From NCBI GenBank assembly GCA_024679065.1, contig JAGIQG010000014.1, positions 7,502,001 through 7,566,000 of the forward strand: a DNA stretch of 64,000 bases, in the 5' to 3' direction. The stretch comes from Sphyrna mokarran. Taxonomy: Eukaryota. This document shows positions 38,371 to 52,055 of this stretch, piece after piece. Numbering within the stretch: the first letter of the stretch is position 1; each line of letters starts with the position of its first letter. A program made the translations under genes and the position numbers. The notes beneath the pieces were generated by a model. It was not told where the DNA came from and did not search any database. It saw nothing but the letters and a program-made list of their open reading frames with translations.

Positions 38371-38974
38371 TTCAGTTGAACCAAACATCGAAGCATGAAA
38401 AAAAAAATCAGGGACATGAATTTCCAAGTTGACAAGTTGACATAAATTATACTGGATATGATGACCAATTAGAATGCAGCATCTAACTTCAGTAATGAGA
38501 AAGAAATAAACAGTACTTATCAGACTAAAATAATCTTGTGTGTAGGTTAGTTACTGGATATCTGATAAAGATTTGTCAAAGAATAATACATTCAATCTGA
38601 GAAAAAAGAACTTTACACATTCGAAGGAAAGTCAATTACCGAATTGTCTTGTAACGATTGATCTTTTTTCCCCAAGTGTGATCCTGATAATCATTAGGTC
38701 ATGGGCGCAGTGTTTTTAAGAGGTTATCTATACAAATGTCACGAAATAAACATTGATATCTATGATCATGTAACACTCAAGTTTCAGATCTTAAAACATG
38801 AACACTTGCCGCAACACGGATTTACTTCAGTCTTTATTTTGGCTTTAATCTGTCTTTATTGCAGCCGGTCTAATCTCCATTCGTTACTCGCCATGATAAA
38901 AACTCACTACGTGAACATTTTTAGCAATTCATAAACATGTTAAATGCACTCCGTATATGTATGTATACTATACT

Positions 38975-39475
38975 TGAGAAGGATGTGAAGGCTTTGGAAA
39001 GTCTATGGAGGAAATTCAGAAGACTGATTCCAAGCAAAACGGACTGTAGCTATGTTGATGGATTGGAGAGAATGGGCTACCATCTATGGAGAAAGTAAGG
39101 CTGAGCCGCCACTTGATGTTTTTGTTCAAGATCTTGAGGGACACCGATAGAATTAATCATGAAGAATTGCTCCCAAAAGAGCGTCAAGATATGGAGAAGA
39201 GATGCAACATAACGGGCACAAAGTTTGAAAAAGAATCTGAGTCTATGTTCTCTCAGACTGTTGTTTGAATCTGGATTGAATTTGCATGAGACAAATGATG
39301 GAAGAATATCCTTTCAATGCCTTGAAAGGAAATCGGCATGCAAACTAAAATCAGTAATGTGTAATGTTACATGGAAATGTCATGGCTGCGGTGCTAGGTT
39401 GAATATTCTTTCAGAGAGCCAGTTGCTATGTAATGGATAGAAAGGCCTCCTTCCCTACTCTATGATTCTATGCAG
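38975..39475 (+). mobile_element. Old CR1 3' fragment
   Basis: gaaggatgtgaaggctttggaaagt...; tail aaaggcctccttccctactctatgattctatg. Confidence 0.7.
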
Positions 39476-40129
39476 TAGCAGATGTACTTTTACTCCGCCC
39501 ACGGAATAAAGATTGCCTATATATGAATTCATAAATAGTTTCGCCTGGTTCTGATGAAACTGAGGTTTGTACACCCTCATACATATAATAGGTTTATCAT
39601 CAACAATCAAAATCTCAACCCTTCGAAAATTTGATTTTTTTTTACTTAAGTTATCCCTTACCCTTCTCGTCTCCATCTTTTATTGACATGGTATTTTTAG
39701 CTCATCCGCATCTCCACAGATTTGGTGTTGTTTTGGTAATAATACACCTGCGCAGCGAAAAACAAAATCACCTGAAGATAGGAACACCGGAAATAGGCAC
39801 AAGGTGTCGAACAAAAATAACACAACTTCTCTTGATTTTGTAACCTTCCATGTAGAAATTAATGCTGCACTTTGTTTACGCTTAAATATTCGCATTATTA
39901 TTCTTCTGAATATGAATCTCTGAAACATCTAAATCTCCGTTCCATAATCCACACAATGAGACGAATCGTGCTCTCTGTTTGAGGAAGTGTTTTGAGTTTG
40001 GAAGGGAATTTGGAAACGTCCAAAACTTCATGCACGGTTTATTACTGCAAAAAAAAAAGTATGCTATGCGCAGAAAGGGAAGGTGCTTGTTGGTGGCTTA
40101 TAATCTGTGTTCCTCCTTTTTTTTTGCAG

Positions 40130-41031
40130 TTAACTTAGTGGCAATCATCATTCTGTCCAATGGAAAATGCGGCCTGTCCAGATGTACAACGTGCTACCTG
40201 TTGTCAATGGCCACAGCGGATCTACTGGTCATTATTGCTGAGGTTTTGCTCTACCGTATCAATGATTATTATTTCCCACTGAATTTCCTCAATATTACGC
40301 CTGTGTGTAGTGTTCGCTATGTCCTGCTCCGTGCAGGCACAGACTGTTCTGTCTGGTTCACTGTCGCTTTCACTTTTGATAGATTTGTTGCCGTTTGTTG
40401 CCAAAGGCTAACATCAAAATATTGCACCAAGAAAACTGCGTGCATAATTCTAGGAACAACCGGGACTCTGTTGTGCTTAAAAAATATTCCCATCTATTTT
40501 AGATTTAAACCGAAAGTGATTGTTGACAATGTACCATGGATCTGTTCCAATAAGCGAAGCTACTTCACTGACCCTAGATGGATTGGGTTTAGAACTTTTG
40601 AAAAGATTTTAAACCCGTTGATACCATTCGGGTTAATTCTGTTGCTCAACGCTCTGACTGTCAGACACATTTTAGTGGCCAGTCGAGTCCGCAAGGGATT
40701 AAGAGGTCAGAAAATGGCAGATAATTGCAATGATCCAGAGATGGAGAGCAGGAGGAAATCTATAGTTTTGCTGTTCACCATATCCGGTAACTTTATAATT
40801 CTGTGGTTGTTGTACGTTTTATATTTCTTTAATATTGCAAATGGTTTAGATGATCTTTCAAAATATATATTTGAAAACATTGTATATATGCTGCGCAATG
40901 TAAGTTGTTGCACAAACACATTTATTTATGTAGCAACTCAGTCGAAATTCAGAGAGCGGTTAAAAGAAGCAGTGAAGTATCCTGCTACATCAATTATTAA
41001 GATAATTAATAAAAACAAGAAATGGAAGTAA
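40130..41031 (+). CDS. GPR139/GPR142-like class A GPCR, copy 3, coding exon 2 (gene 37069->41031, 322 aa spliced)
   Basis: 7TM ORF with MATADLL, SVWFTVAFTFDRFVAVC, PFGLILLLN, DPEMESRRKSIVLLF and NTFIYVATQSKFRE. Polypyrimidine tract and cAG end at 40129; 67+902=969 nt. The ORF-track N-terminus 39979-40129 is intronic. Confidence 0.93.
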
Positions 41032-41409
41032 CTCACTGGTACAACGGTGTGCTGCAATAGGTGATCTTCAGTGAAGAGGAATATTTGGAAGTAAATATGA
41101 AAGTACTGTTAACAATGGGTCAGGAGCCAACAGGCAGAGGAAGAATGAGAAACAAAATAGCAGTAGGACAAGTATACAGAATAAGGCCATGACTCAGGAG
41201 AAACAGCAACCAATTCATGGAGTGGGAAAAAGAAAACACAGTGAGTGGAAAAAAACACAGACTAAACAATACATGGATTGATAAACACATGCGAAAAATT
41301 TGAATGATTTGTAGCAACTACAAATTTGTAGCAGGTGGAATGGGTCACACCAAAGTGACGTAGGAAAATGGCGAGTGGTGGCATAAAATATATGTGAAGG
41401 AAATACCGG

Positions 41410-41710
41410 GAGGTCTGTTTGTCTTTCTGTCCGTCTCTCTATGATCCATCTATCCATCCATCACACGTCCATCGGTTCGTCTGCCCACCTGTGCACCCAT
41501 CCATCTGTCTATCTTGTTATTTATCTATTTATCTGACCATCTGTCTATCTGTCAACCTGACCGTCTGACAGCCTGCCTGCCTGTATGGCAGTCTGTCTGT
41601 CTGTCTACCTTTTTGTTGATTTATCTCACTATCCATTCCTCTACTTATTTGTCTGTCTCCCTATAAATCTGTTGTTTTTTCTTTCTCTCCTTCCCTCCTT
41701 CTCTTTGTTT
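41410..41710. repeat. Compound degenerate tetranucleotide microsatellite (TCCA/TCTA/TCTG/CCTG)
   Basis: atccatctatccatcc..., ctgtctatct..., gcctgcctgcctg. Confidence 0.75.
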
Positions 41711-44184
41711 CCAGATCACGCTCTTGTAGACCAAAAAAAAACACGCCAAAACTCTCTCATATTTAACTCCCTCAAAACCATTCAAACAATTATCATGGAA
41801 TGAAACCGTTTAGGAACATACTGAACTTAAATGGAGAATCAGTAATACATTGTCCTCCCTAACTGCTCCTGCTTCTTTTGTCTCTTACTCTCTTTTGCGA
41901 TGAGATTTCGACGTTACTGATCCACGTGACACTTGGACATCCACATAGCAGCAGTTCTGCTGGAAAAAGACCAAATGTCGAACGTAGCGTGAAACAATAC
42001 TGGAATAAAAATCTTCAGATCTTTGTACTCAACGAATCATCTACCACTTTTATCCCTACTTCAGAGCTCTGCCAAACCATTTGTAGTCACATGAACTAGT
42101 GCAGTACGGAAATAGTACGTCATTGTTCTGCATAAAGTCTTGAAAAAAAAACATTGTGTTCGCAGTTCAATTATGCAAAACAGACATATCATGTGGACCC
42201 TGAGTTGCAAATGTTTGATGTCATTTCTCACTTCAACAAGAGCTGCAATATTAATCCTGAATTCTGCTCGCAAACAGGATTGATCCATGAGCCCCACAGA
42301 ATGCATCAATCCTGCAAACATAACTCATCCCAACTCAGCATCCTCTATGTCAGGTGCCTATCTTTGCAACACAAATTGATTAACTTTTGACAGAACAGAG
42401 CCACTCTCCGTCAACTGCTTAATCTATTTTGAAGATTGGAAAATGTTTCCAGTGAAAAGAAATCCCATGGGAAGACACAATGCCGAGAATGGCAAGTCCA
42501 AGAAATCGAGATGACTAACACTTTCACAATTTTGCTTTTTTCCCGTGTTCTGTGCAAAACATGGTCCTGATTAGCTGACAACGGGAAGAATGCATTTGGA
42601 CTCACGCAACAATACTTCCCAATGACTTGTGGCCTGTTTATAGTCTGGACGAATGACTATAGAGGTTCTAATTGAATTTTTCTATCGCAAAACGACAGTT
42701 AGATTTCTTTTTGCCTTCCTGTGAATATCCCTTATCAGCCTTTATTTTTCTGAAAACCAATGGCCTTTCGGACCTGCCCTCCATTAAATGAAAATAAGTC
42801 TGCCTACACGGTAGCGTAATTCATCATACCACGGGATACGTTCCCCTATCTGATTAATTCAAAATGTACTAACAGGTATGCCGATTTCAACGAGTTATTC
42901 AGATTCTTGGATCCTTTCGTTGTGCACGCATTGTATAATTGCACGATTCTTGGGTAATGGAATGTGAGATCTGAAACTCATTTTAAAAATCTCCTGAGTC
43001 CCCCACCCCTCCCGAGGAAACATCCCAAAATTCATATTATCTTCGCAATTCCACTGAGTAATGTCTGTAGCGTCATGAGCATTCGGAGCAGTTAGATCAT
43101 GGAGTTCTCAAACATTGAAGAACTTCTTGGAAGAAATTTTCGCCTCAATTGCATCTTCCACATGATGGTCAATTCTCAATGTCACACTGATGAAGAGTCC
43201 CCGGTAACACTGCAGAAAAATAGTAGGACACAATTCCAAACAATGTATTTAAATATTCTCTTGTTAGAGGATGCCGAGTTAGTGAGTGAATGAACCCATC
43301 TAATAAATAGATGTGACCCTGTGTTATAATCTGAGTGCTACTTCGTCCTGTTTTTCTTTTACTTGGCCTCAAATTCGTTGTCCAATTCTCTGTCTCCTCC
43401 TTATCAACGCGAAATCTGATTCAAATTAATCATTCAATGATGAGGAAATACTTTGTTAAAGAGACAAATCGCGTTGCAGAGGGCAGAAAACTGAAATATT
43501 GGTGAGGTGAAACAATATGTGGCGATCCAGCATTTCACACAGCACCATCTTAACTTCCATGCTAAAATCAACTACAGCTGGAGCACCAATATTTGTCAAA
43601 AAGTGCAATAACCAATGGTAACTATGCTTAACATGACACTTTGTGAAAGTACAACCTTTATTGACAAGTACGGGGTGCGAATTTTAACGTTATTACCAGC
43701 ACATTCGAACCTCATGGTGGAATGGACTCGAGTGCGGAATTTCCAATCCTCTTTCTATTCTATGCTGTTCCATCCCTCTGTTGTCCTCAACAACTGAAAT
43801 GGCAATAATATGACTTATTCAGGAAAGGCTGTGATGAATATACTTTTGGAACGTGGCGACAGTGAAATAATTCCTCTGATGTCCTTATATCTTCACCATG
43901 CTTTGATTTATTTAGACAGTGATTAGCACGCACACTTCCTCCTGTTGAGTATTAATTTCCGTCACCATTATACTTCACATAATGTACATATGCAACGCTT
44001 CCTGATTGGATACAGTATTATTGTGTACTCCAGCAAATCCACATCGTGGGCCTCCATAAAGTGATTATAGACGGTATTTGGGTTTCACCTGGTATTGAGA
44101 GGAAAACTTTCTCCAAGGTGTGGGTGTGGGTGGAGGCGGGGGGAGAGAAGGTGGAGAGGGGAGGAAATATTTGTGGGGCGAAAG

Positions 44185-44520
44185 GGCGGAACGGTAGCAT
44201 GGTTATCAGAACTACTGCTTCACGGAACCAAGGACCTGGGTTCGAACCCGTCTTGGGTCACTGTCTGTGTCGAGTTTGCACATTCTCTCCGTGTCTGCAT
44301 GGATTTCGTCTGGGTGCTCCTCTTTCCTCCCACAGTCCAAAGATGTGCGGGTTAGGTTGGTTGGTCTTGCTTTAAAAATATGGATCCTTGGTGTCTTTAG
44401 ATGTGTAGGTTAGAGAGATCGCTGGGTAGAATTTGTAGGGATGGAGGTCCTAGGTGATATTTTGGTTGGTGCAGACTCTATGGGCAGAATGGCCTCTTCC
44501 TTTACTGCAGAGTTTCTATG
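44185..44520 (+). mobile_element. Full-length HE1-type tRNA-derived SINE
   Basis: A-box-like ggtagcatgg, B-box gggttcgaaccc (44238), gagtttgcacattctc core and CR1-like tail atggcctcttcctttactg. Confidence 0.88.
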
Positions 44521-44859
44521 AAAGAACGAGAATGGACGATCGAGTTCATATTTCTGCCAAAGTATTGTTCAAGCGAGCGGCGATCAGAGAATAGAAAAGA
44601 ATGTAAATCATGTTGTTTACGTGGACATCAATTTGTATTGGTCGTACTGCCTGAAGGGTAATCCATCTGAACTGTGATCGAATGGAGCGATTGGTGGTTC
44701 TAGGCCTTTTGCGAACAATGTTATCAATAAATCAGGACCAAAAGTTTTTGTTTGATTATTTTTATTCCTCCCAAATATCTGCCCGCTATTAACTAAACTT
44801 AATTTTAAACCCGCTTTCTGCATTTATTTCATTTTGACATTTGGCTGAGTTTCTAACTA

Positions 44860-45214
44860 ATAAGTATTATCTAATTGATCTGGATAATGAGAGGATCGGA
44901 CTGCAGCTTTTGCGAAGTTTTGCCTCAGTTGTGCAGCAGCTTGTCAGACATTACCTCGCGTCCAATGCACAACCTTGGTTTCGATAGCTCAGAAAGAATA
45001 TTATTGACTTAGCGGAAGAGTGACGAAGATTCACTAGATTTGTTACGGAGATGGAGGGATTGCCTTACGAATAGAGATTCAGCATCAAAAAGATTGCGCT
45101 TTATTTTCTGGACTGTGATGGAATGAAAAGTGATCTCATTGAAACCTGAAAAATAATGGAAGAAATAGCGAAGATGTTTCCCTTGGTGAGGAAGTCTAGA
45201 ATCAACGGATTCGC
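44860..45214 (+). mobile_element. Old CR1 3' fragment (continues at 47605-47705 and 48520-48597)
   Basis: Remnants of RRFTR..EMEGLPYE and ESR motifs. Confidence 0.6.
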
Positions 45215-45217
45215 TAT

Positions 45218-47603
45218 AGTTCGACCCATTTTGGATGGGTCCGTCTTTGTCCAATGTCTGCAGCGGGTTTCCCGACGCAGTATATAGATGGAGCAACAAG
45301 AGGCGAGGCCACACTGGATTTGGTACTGTGTAATGATCCTGGCCAGGTGTTAAATTTGGAGGAAGTGAACACTGGTGGTAGTGACCACAATCCTGTTGCG
45401 TTTAATTTAGCGTTGGAAAGGGATAGGTATGAAGCGCAGGGCAAGAGTTATAGCTGGGGACATGAAATTATCATGCAATTGGGGGAGATTTAGGACGCAT
45501 AAGATGTGGAAGGAACCTACAGGGGATGGGCACAATTGAAATGTGGAGCTTCTTCAAGGAGCAGCTATTGTGTTCCTTGATAAGTATGTAGCTGTCAAGC
45601 AGGGAAGAAGCGGTCGAACGAGGGAACCGTGGTTTACTAAAAAAAAAGTTGAATGTCTTGTGAAAAGGAAGAACGAGACTTATGTTATGATGAGATGTGA
45701 CGGCTCATTTGGAGTGCTTGAGAGTCACAAGTTAGCCAGGAAGGACATAAATAGAGAACGAAGAAGAGTCGGAGGAAGAGGCATGATAATTTTGTGGCAG
45801 GTAGGATCAAGTAAAACGGTAAAGGTATCTATAGATATGTCAGAATAAAAGAATGACCAGGGTAAGATTAGGGGAAGTCAAGGACAGTCGTGGGGAGTTG
45901 TGCATGGAGTCGAAGAGATAGGAGAGACGCTAAATGAATATTTTTCGTCAGTATTCACCCAGGAAAAAGACAATGCTGTCAAGGAGAATACTGAGAAACA
46001 GACTATTGAACTCGACGGGACTGAGGTTCATAGGTGGAGGTGTTAGCAATTGTTCAAAATGTGAAAATAAATATCTCCTGGGCCGGATGAGATATATCTC
46101 AGCATTTTCTTGGAAGCAAGGAAACAGATTGCAGAGCCTTTAGCTTTGATCTTTATGTCATCAGTGTCTACAGGAATAGTGCGAGAAGAATGGAAGACAG
46201 CAAATATCGTCCCCTTGTTCAAGAAGGGGAGTAGAGGCAATACTGGTAATTATAGAACAATGAGCTTTGCTTCTGCTGTGGGCAAAGTTTTGGTAAGGAT
46301 TATAAGAGATAGGATTGATAATCCTCTAGAAAGATTAATTTTATTCAGGATAGTCAATAGGGTTTTGTGAAGGATAGGTCATGCCTCCTAAAACTTATTG
46401 GCTTCTTTGAAAAGATGAGCAAAGAGGTGCATGGGGGTAAAGCAGTTAATATGGTATATATGGATTTCATAAAGCGTTTGATAATGTTTTCCATGGAAGG
46501 TTATTGCAGAAAATGCAGAGGCATGGGACTGAGGGTGATTCAGCCATTTGGATCAGAAATCAGCTCGCAATAAGAAGACAGAGGATAGTGGTTGAAGTGT
46601 TCGTCCTGGAATTCAGTTACTAGTGGTGCACGGCAAAGATCTATTTTGGGGGCATTGCTGTTGTCGTTTTTATAAATGACCTGAATGAGGGCGTAGAAGG
46701 ATGGATTATTAAATTTCGGGGTGACGCTAAAGTCGGTGCAGTTGTGGACAGTGCAGACGAATACTGCAGGTTACAGAGGGACATATATAAGCTGCAGAAC
46801 TGGGTTAAGTGCTGGTGAATGGAGCTTAATGCGGAAAAGTGTTAGGTGATTCACTTTGGAAGGAATAACTGGAATAGAAAGTCCGGGCTAATGGCAAGTT
46901 ACTTGGTAGTGCGGATCAGCTAAGAGATCTCGGTTCCATGAGCACAGATCCCTGCAAGTTGGCACCCCGTTTTATATGGATGTTAAAAAGGCATATGGTG
47001 TTAGCCTTTATTGGTAGAGGGATTGAGTTTCGAGCCATGAGATCATGTTGCAGCTCTACAAAATTCCGATGCTTTCACACTTGGAATGCTGCATACCGTT
47101 CTGGTCACCACATTGTAGGAAGAATGTGGAAATATTGGAAAGGGTGCAGAGATTTACCAGCATGCTGCCCGGTATGGAGTGGAAGTCTTATGAGGAAAGA
47201 CGAAGGCATGTGAGGCTTTTTTCGTTAGAGAGAAGAAGGTTAAGAGGTGGCTTAATAGAGGCAGACAAGATGATCAGGGGATTAGATAGGGTGGACAGTG
47301 AAAGTCCTTTTTCCTGGGATGCTGATGGCTAGCACGAGGGAACATAGGTTTAAATTGAAGGGTGATAAATATGAGGCAGATATCAGTGGTAGGTTCTTTA
47401 CGCAGAGTGTAGTAAGGACCATGAAATGTCCTGCCTACAACAATAGTGGTCTCACCAACGTTAAGGGTATTTAAATGGCCGTGGATGAACATATGGATGA
47501 TATTGGAATAGTGTAGGTTAGATTGGCTTTAGATTGGTTTTCACAGGTCACTACAACATTGAGGGTCAAAGGATCTGTATTGTGCTGTAATGTTCTATGT
47601 TCT
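45218..47603 (+). mobile_element. CR1 LINE, ~2.4 kb, endonuclease C-terminus through RT and tail, frameshifted
   Basis: TRGEATLDLVL, GSDHN, IAEPLALIF..EEWKTANIVPLFKKG, MDF.K.F and [11 protein letters not shown] motifs; tail ctgtaatgttctatgttcta. Confidence 0.92.
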
Positions 47604-47711
47604 AGTAGAAAATAAGTGATAATATCAGTTTGGACGGAGATGAGGAGAAATTTCTATACACAGACTTTTTCTGTTCTGACTCTTCAGAATTCTCGACGCC
47701 CACGGACTACA

Positions 47712-48520
47712 AATAACAAAGAGCAAAGAAAATTACAGCACAGGAATAGGCCCTTCGGCCCTCCAAACTGCACTAATCATGCTGCCTGACTTAGTTAAAA
47801 CTCCCTAACTTTCCAGGGACCATATCCCTTTATTCCCATTATATTCATGTACTTGTCAAGACCCCCTTAAAAGTCACTACTATATCTGCTTCCACTACCT
47901 CACCGGGCAACCAGTTTCAGACACCCGCTATTCTCTGTGTAAAAAAAAAAGGTGCCTCTTACATCTCCTTTAAACCTTGCCCCTCGCACCCCAAAACTAT
48001 GCGCCTAGTACTCGACTTTTTTCACGTTGGGATAAAGCTTCTGATTATCCATTTTGACCATGCCCCTCATAGTCTTGTAGAATTCTATCAGATCTCTCCT
48101 CAACCTCCGTCACTCCAGTGAGAACACATCAAGTTTCTGCACCCACACCTTACAGTTAATGCCCTCCATCTCAGAAAACATCTTGGTAATTTTCTTCTGT
48201 AATCTCTCCAAAGCCTCCATATACTTCCGATAGTGCAGCGACCAGAATTGAACAGTACATTCTAAGTGCGGCCTAGTAAGGTTCTACAAAGCTGCAGCAT
48301 GACTTGCCAATTTTTAAACTCTATACCGCAACCAATGAAGGTAAGCATGCCATATGCCTTCTTGACTACCTTCCCCACCCGTGTTGCGACTTTCAGTGAC
48401 CTCTTTACCTGTCCACAAAAATCCCTTTGTCAATCAATATTCTTAAGGGTTTGCCATTTACCGTATATTTGCTATCTGTATTAGACCTTCCAAAATACAT
48501 TCCATCGTATTTGTCCGCAA
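47712..48520 (-). mobile_element. CR1 LINE 3' fragment
   Basis: Reverse tail acaaagagcaaagaaaattacagcacaggaataggcccttcggccc; reverse strand encodes KKAYGML.FI. Confidence 0.88.
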
Positions 48521-48597
48521 GTTCAGTCTTTCAATAAGTTTAAGGTAGATGTTGAAAGCTTCCAAATGTCAGTAATTTAAAGGTTTATGGGAATGGT

Positions 48598-50035
48598 GTT
48601 TATGAAAGGGTCCAGAAGAGGTGGGGGAGTGGCGTTGTTAGTTAGGGAGAGCTCCCTCAGCGGTGCAGAGGGAGGACAATACAGAGGAGTTGGGAATGGA
48701 GTCGCTGTGGGTGGAGTTGCAGAATAGAAAGGGGGTGATTACTATGTTAGGGGTGTATTATATGCCACCCAACAGCCCGCGGATAGTTGAAGAAGGAATA
48801 TGTAAAGATATTTTGGATAGGTGCAGAAAGGACAGAGTTGTTATAGTGGGACATTTTAATGTCCCTAGAGTGGATTGGAAGGTACCTAGAGCTGGGGGTT
48901 TGGACGGGGAGGAATTTGTAAAATCTGTACTGGAAGGATCTTTGGAGTAGTATGTGGCTAGCCCGACTAGAAAAGGGGCTATATTGGATTTAGTTCTGAG
49001 TAATGAGCCAGGGCAGGTGGGTGATGCTGTAGTAGGGGAACATGTGGCTAACAGTGACCACAATTCTGTCTACTTTAGGATACAGATGGAAAAGGATGCT
49101 TGTTGTCTAGGGGCAGGGTGCTGAATTGGGGGAAGGCTAACTACGGTCAGATTAGGCAGGAACGTATGGAAACTGATTGGGAACGGTTGTTCGAGGGTAA
49201 GTCCACGCTAGGCATGTGGGACTCTTTCAAGGGAATACTGAAAATGTTGCAAGAAAGATATGAGCCGGCTAAGGGGAAAGATGGGAAAGGTAGGATTAGA
49301 GAGCCGTGGATTATTAGGGATATTGAGGACTTGGTTAGGAAGAAAAGAGAGGCATATGATAGGTCAAAGCAGCTGGGAACGGAGAGAGCGTTGGAGGAAT
49401 ATAGAGAGAATAGGAGGGAGCTCAAACGGGGAGTTAGAAAGGCAAAAAAGGACATGAAATGATTTTGGCGGATAGTATTAAGAAAAATCCAAAGGCTTTT
49501 TACTCCTATATTAGGAATGAAAGGGTGATTAGAGGAAAAATCGGACCTCGTAGGGACAGATGAGGGGAACTGTGCTTAGAGGCCGAGGGAATGGTCGAAA
49601 TCCTGAATGAATACTTTGCGTCGGTATTCACAAAGGAGAAGGGCTTGTTGACAGCTCCTGTCTCTGAGGGAGCTGTGGACCAGTTGAGGGAAATATCTAT
49701 ACCGAGGGAGGAAGTGTTTGAGCTTCTAGGTAGCATTAAAACTGATAAATCTCCGGGGCCTGATGGCATTTATCCCAGGCTGCTTAGGAAGGTGCGAGGT
49801 GAAATTGCTGGGCCTCTGACGCAAATCTTCGACTCTTCTTTGGACGCAGGTGAGGTCCCAGAGGACTGGAAAATAGCTAATGTTGTACCGTTGTTTAAAA
49901 AGGGTAGTAGGGATAACCCTGAAAATTATAGGCCATTGAGTTTGACGTCAGTGGTAGGGAAGCTGTTGGAGGGAATTCGTAGACATAGCATGTATAGGCA
50001 CTTAGAGCGTTGCCATCTGATTAGGGATAGCATAA
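48598..50035 (+). mobile_element. CR1 LINE 5' ORF2 segment (APE endonuclease to start of RT)
   Basis: ESLWVEL..GVYY.PP, VGHFN.P.VDW, SDHN, KSPGPDGIYPRLL and PEDWKIANVVPLFKKG..NYRPLSLTSVVGKLLE. Confidence 0.92.
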
Positions 50036-50624
50036 AATAGTTTCAAGTTATTTTTTGTCATGTTGCATGACGGAACTTATGTTAAAAAATTGCAGTGGCA
50101 AGATATCAACTCTGAATACTAGCCTTGATTTCTGGATTATAATGTAGCGACCTCACTACCATCACCTATCCATGGATTGACTTCCTAGTGTTTGAAAGAA
50201 CAATATCAGAGATGAGAAAATTCAACTTTTCAATAGTTAAACGAGAAAATCGAACACCTGATATTCCTCATCGGCCCTTCAAATGTTCATAAGTTTAGAC
50301 CTTTTCTTCTTGGTGCTGAATTTTGTCTATTTTAAAGAATTATTAATAGGTGTATTTTTCTTCCTCCACTCCTTCGAAACAGATCAGTATAATGTTCACT
50401 CATGATCCAATAATGCTCCTTTTTGCGTCTAGTTATGATAATGTGGCTGTATATATCATTGATTCTCCCTTGCTGCCCCTCCCATCACCGACTTTCCCTT
50501 TTGTTCTTCCTTCCACACTCCGCCTGACATCTAAGGACCAGTGCATGCAGCTCCTTCTGAAACACAGTCGATACATTATCACTCAGCAAGTTCATCGGTT
50601 GCACAGGCTCAGATGGCGGCAGTA

Positions 50625-51600
50625 CATAGAACATAGAACACTACAGCACAAACAGGCCCTTCGGCCCACAAGTTGTGCCGATCACATCTATACCTACCAA
50701 GCCATAGACCTATCTATAACGCCCAATCCCATTTGATCCCATATACTCATCCAGAAGTCTTTTAAAAGACCCCAGCGAGTTCGCCTCTACCAACACCGAC
50801 GGCAGTCGATTCCATTCACTCACCACCCTCTGACTGAAAAACTTACGTCTAACATCTCTTCTGTACTTGCTTCCCTGCACCTTAAATCTGTGTCCTCTCA
50901 TAGCGACCATTTCAGCTCAGGGAAATAGCCTCTGAGAATCCACCCTACCTATTCCTCTCAACATTTTATAAACCTCTATCAGGTCGTCTCTCAACCCTCG
51001 TCTCTCCAGGGAGAAGAGTCCCAGTTCCCTCAACCTATCTTCATAAGGCATGCCTCCCAATCCAGGCAACATCCTTGTAGATCTCCTCTGCACCCTTTCA
51101 ATAGCTTCCACATCCTTCTTATAGTGAGGCGACCAGAACTGCGCACAGTACTCCAAGTGGGTTCTGACAAGGGTCCTATAAAGTTGCAGCATTACCTCCC
51201 GACTCCTAACCTCAATCCCTCGACTAATGAAGGCCAGTACACCATACGCCTTCTTGACCACATCCTTCATCTGCGAGGCCGATTTAAGTGTCCTATGTAC
51301 CCGGGCCCCAAGATCCTTCTGCTCTTCAACACAGCTAAGACTCCTACCCTTGATGTTGTACTCCTTCAACCCATTGGTCCTGCCAAAATGGACCACTACA
51401 CATTTATCCGCATTGAAGTCCATCTGCCACTTCTCCGCCCAGTCTTGCATCCTATCTATGTCCCGCTGCAACTTCTGACATCCCTCCAGACCATCCACAA
51501 CACCACCGACCTTCGTATCTTCGGCGAACTTAGTAACCCATCCCTCCACTTCCTCATCCAGGTCATTTAAGAAAATGACAAACAGTATTCGGTCCCAATC
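50625..51600 (-). mobile_element. CR1 LINE RT C-terminus and tail
   Basis: LFVIFLNDL..KFAEDTK (FADD-like), LEYCAQFWSPHYKKD and LFSLERR.LR.DL; reverse tail acatagaacatagaac. Confidence 0.93.
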
Positions 51601-51899
51601 TGTTCCATCAGTCCAGAAAGATTTCTTTTTCATCTACCATTAAAATAGAACAGGACAGAAGGAAGTTGTTTCCATTTCACTCTCACTCGGTCCCGCTAAC
51701 ATATTTGTACTGAAATCTGAGCCCAAATCATATCTACTATCAGATTCAAACGGATACTGCCATAATCAAATGGGAATCAACTTAAACGAATTGAATAGCA
51801 GACAGATTGATAAAAGAAATATAAATCTTGTCAAAACGCCTGATATAACGCCTCAAAGTAATTCACAATTCGCTTCACATTTATTAATGCTACCTGTGG

Positions 51900-52055
51900 A
51901 AAAGCAGAATTCCGCAGATGCTGTAATCTGAAATGCAAACAGGAAATTCTGGAAATTCTGAGAACGTCTGTCAACAGTTCCGAAAAAGACTCGCCAGGAC
52001 TCTTATCACAAACTCTGTTTCTCGCTCCACAGTCTCTGCCAGATCTTCTGTCTTT
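51900..52055. mobile_element. Degenerate Penelope-type pseudo-LTR remnant
   Basis: gcagatgctgtaatctgaaatgcaaacaggaaattctggaaat ... actctgtttctcgctccacagtctctgccaga, a common shark palindromic repeat. Confidence 0.5.

Noticed and set aside
39979-40129. 50-aa N-terminal extension of the 350-aa ORF
   Set aside because: It starts at TTG and runs through a polypyrimidine tract and AG; the true first exon is 37069-37135.
41720-44000. Short ORFs downstream of GPCR copy 3
   Set aside because: No recognisable domains, hydrophobic segments or splice structure; ordinary intergenic DNA.
44185-44260. tRNA gene
   Set aside because: The A/B boxes belong to a SINE head; there is no complete cloverleaf and a SINE body follows.
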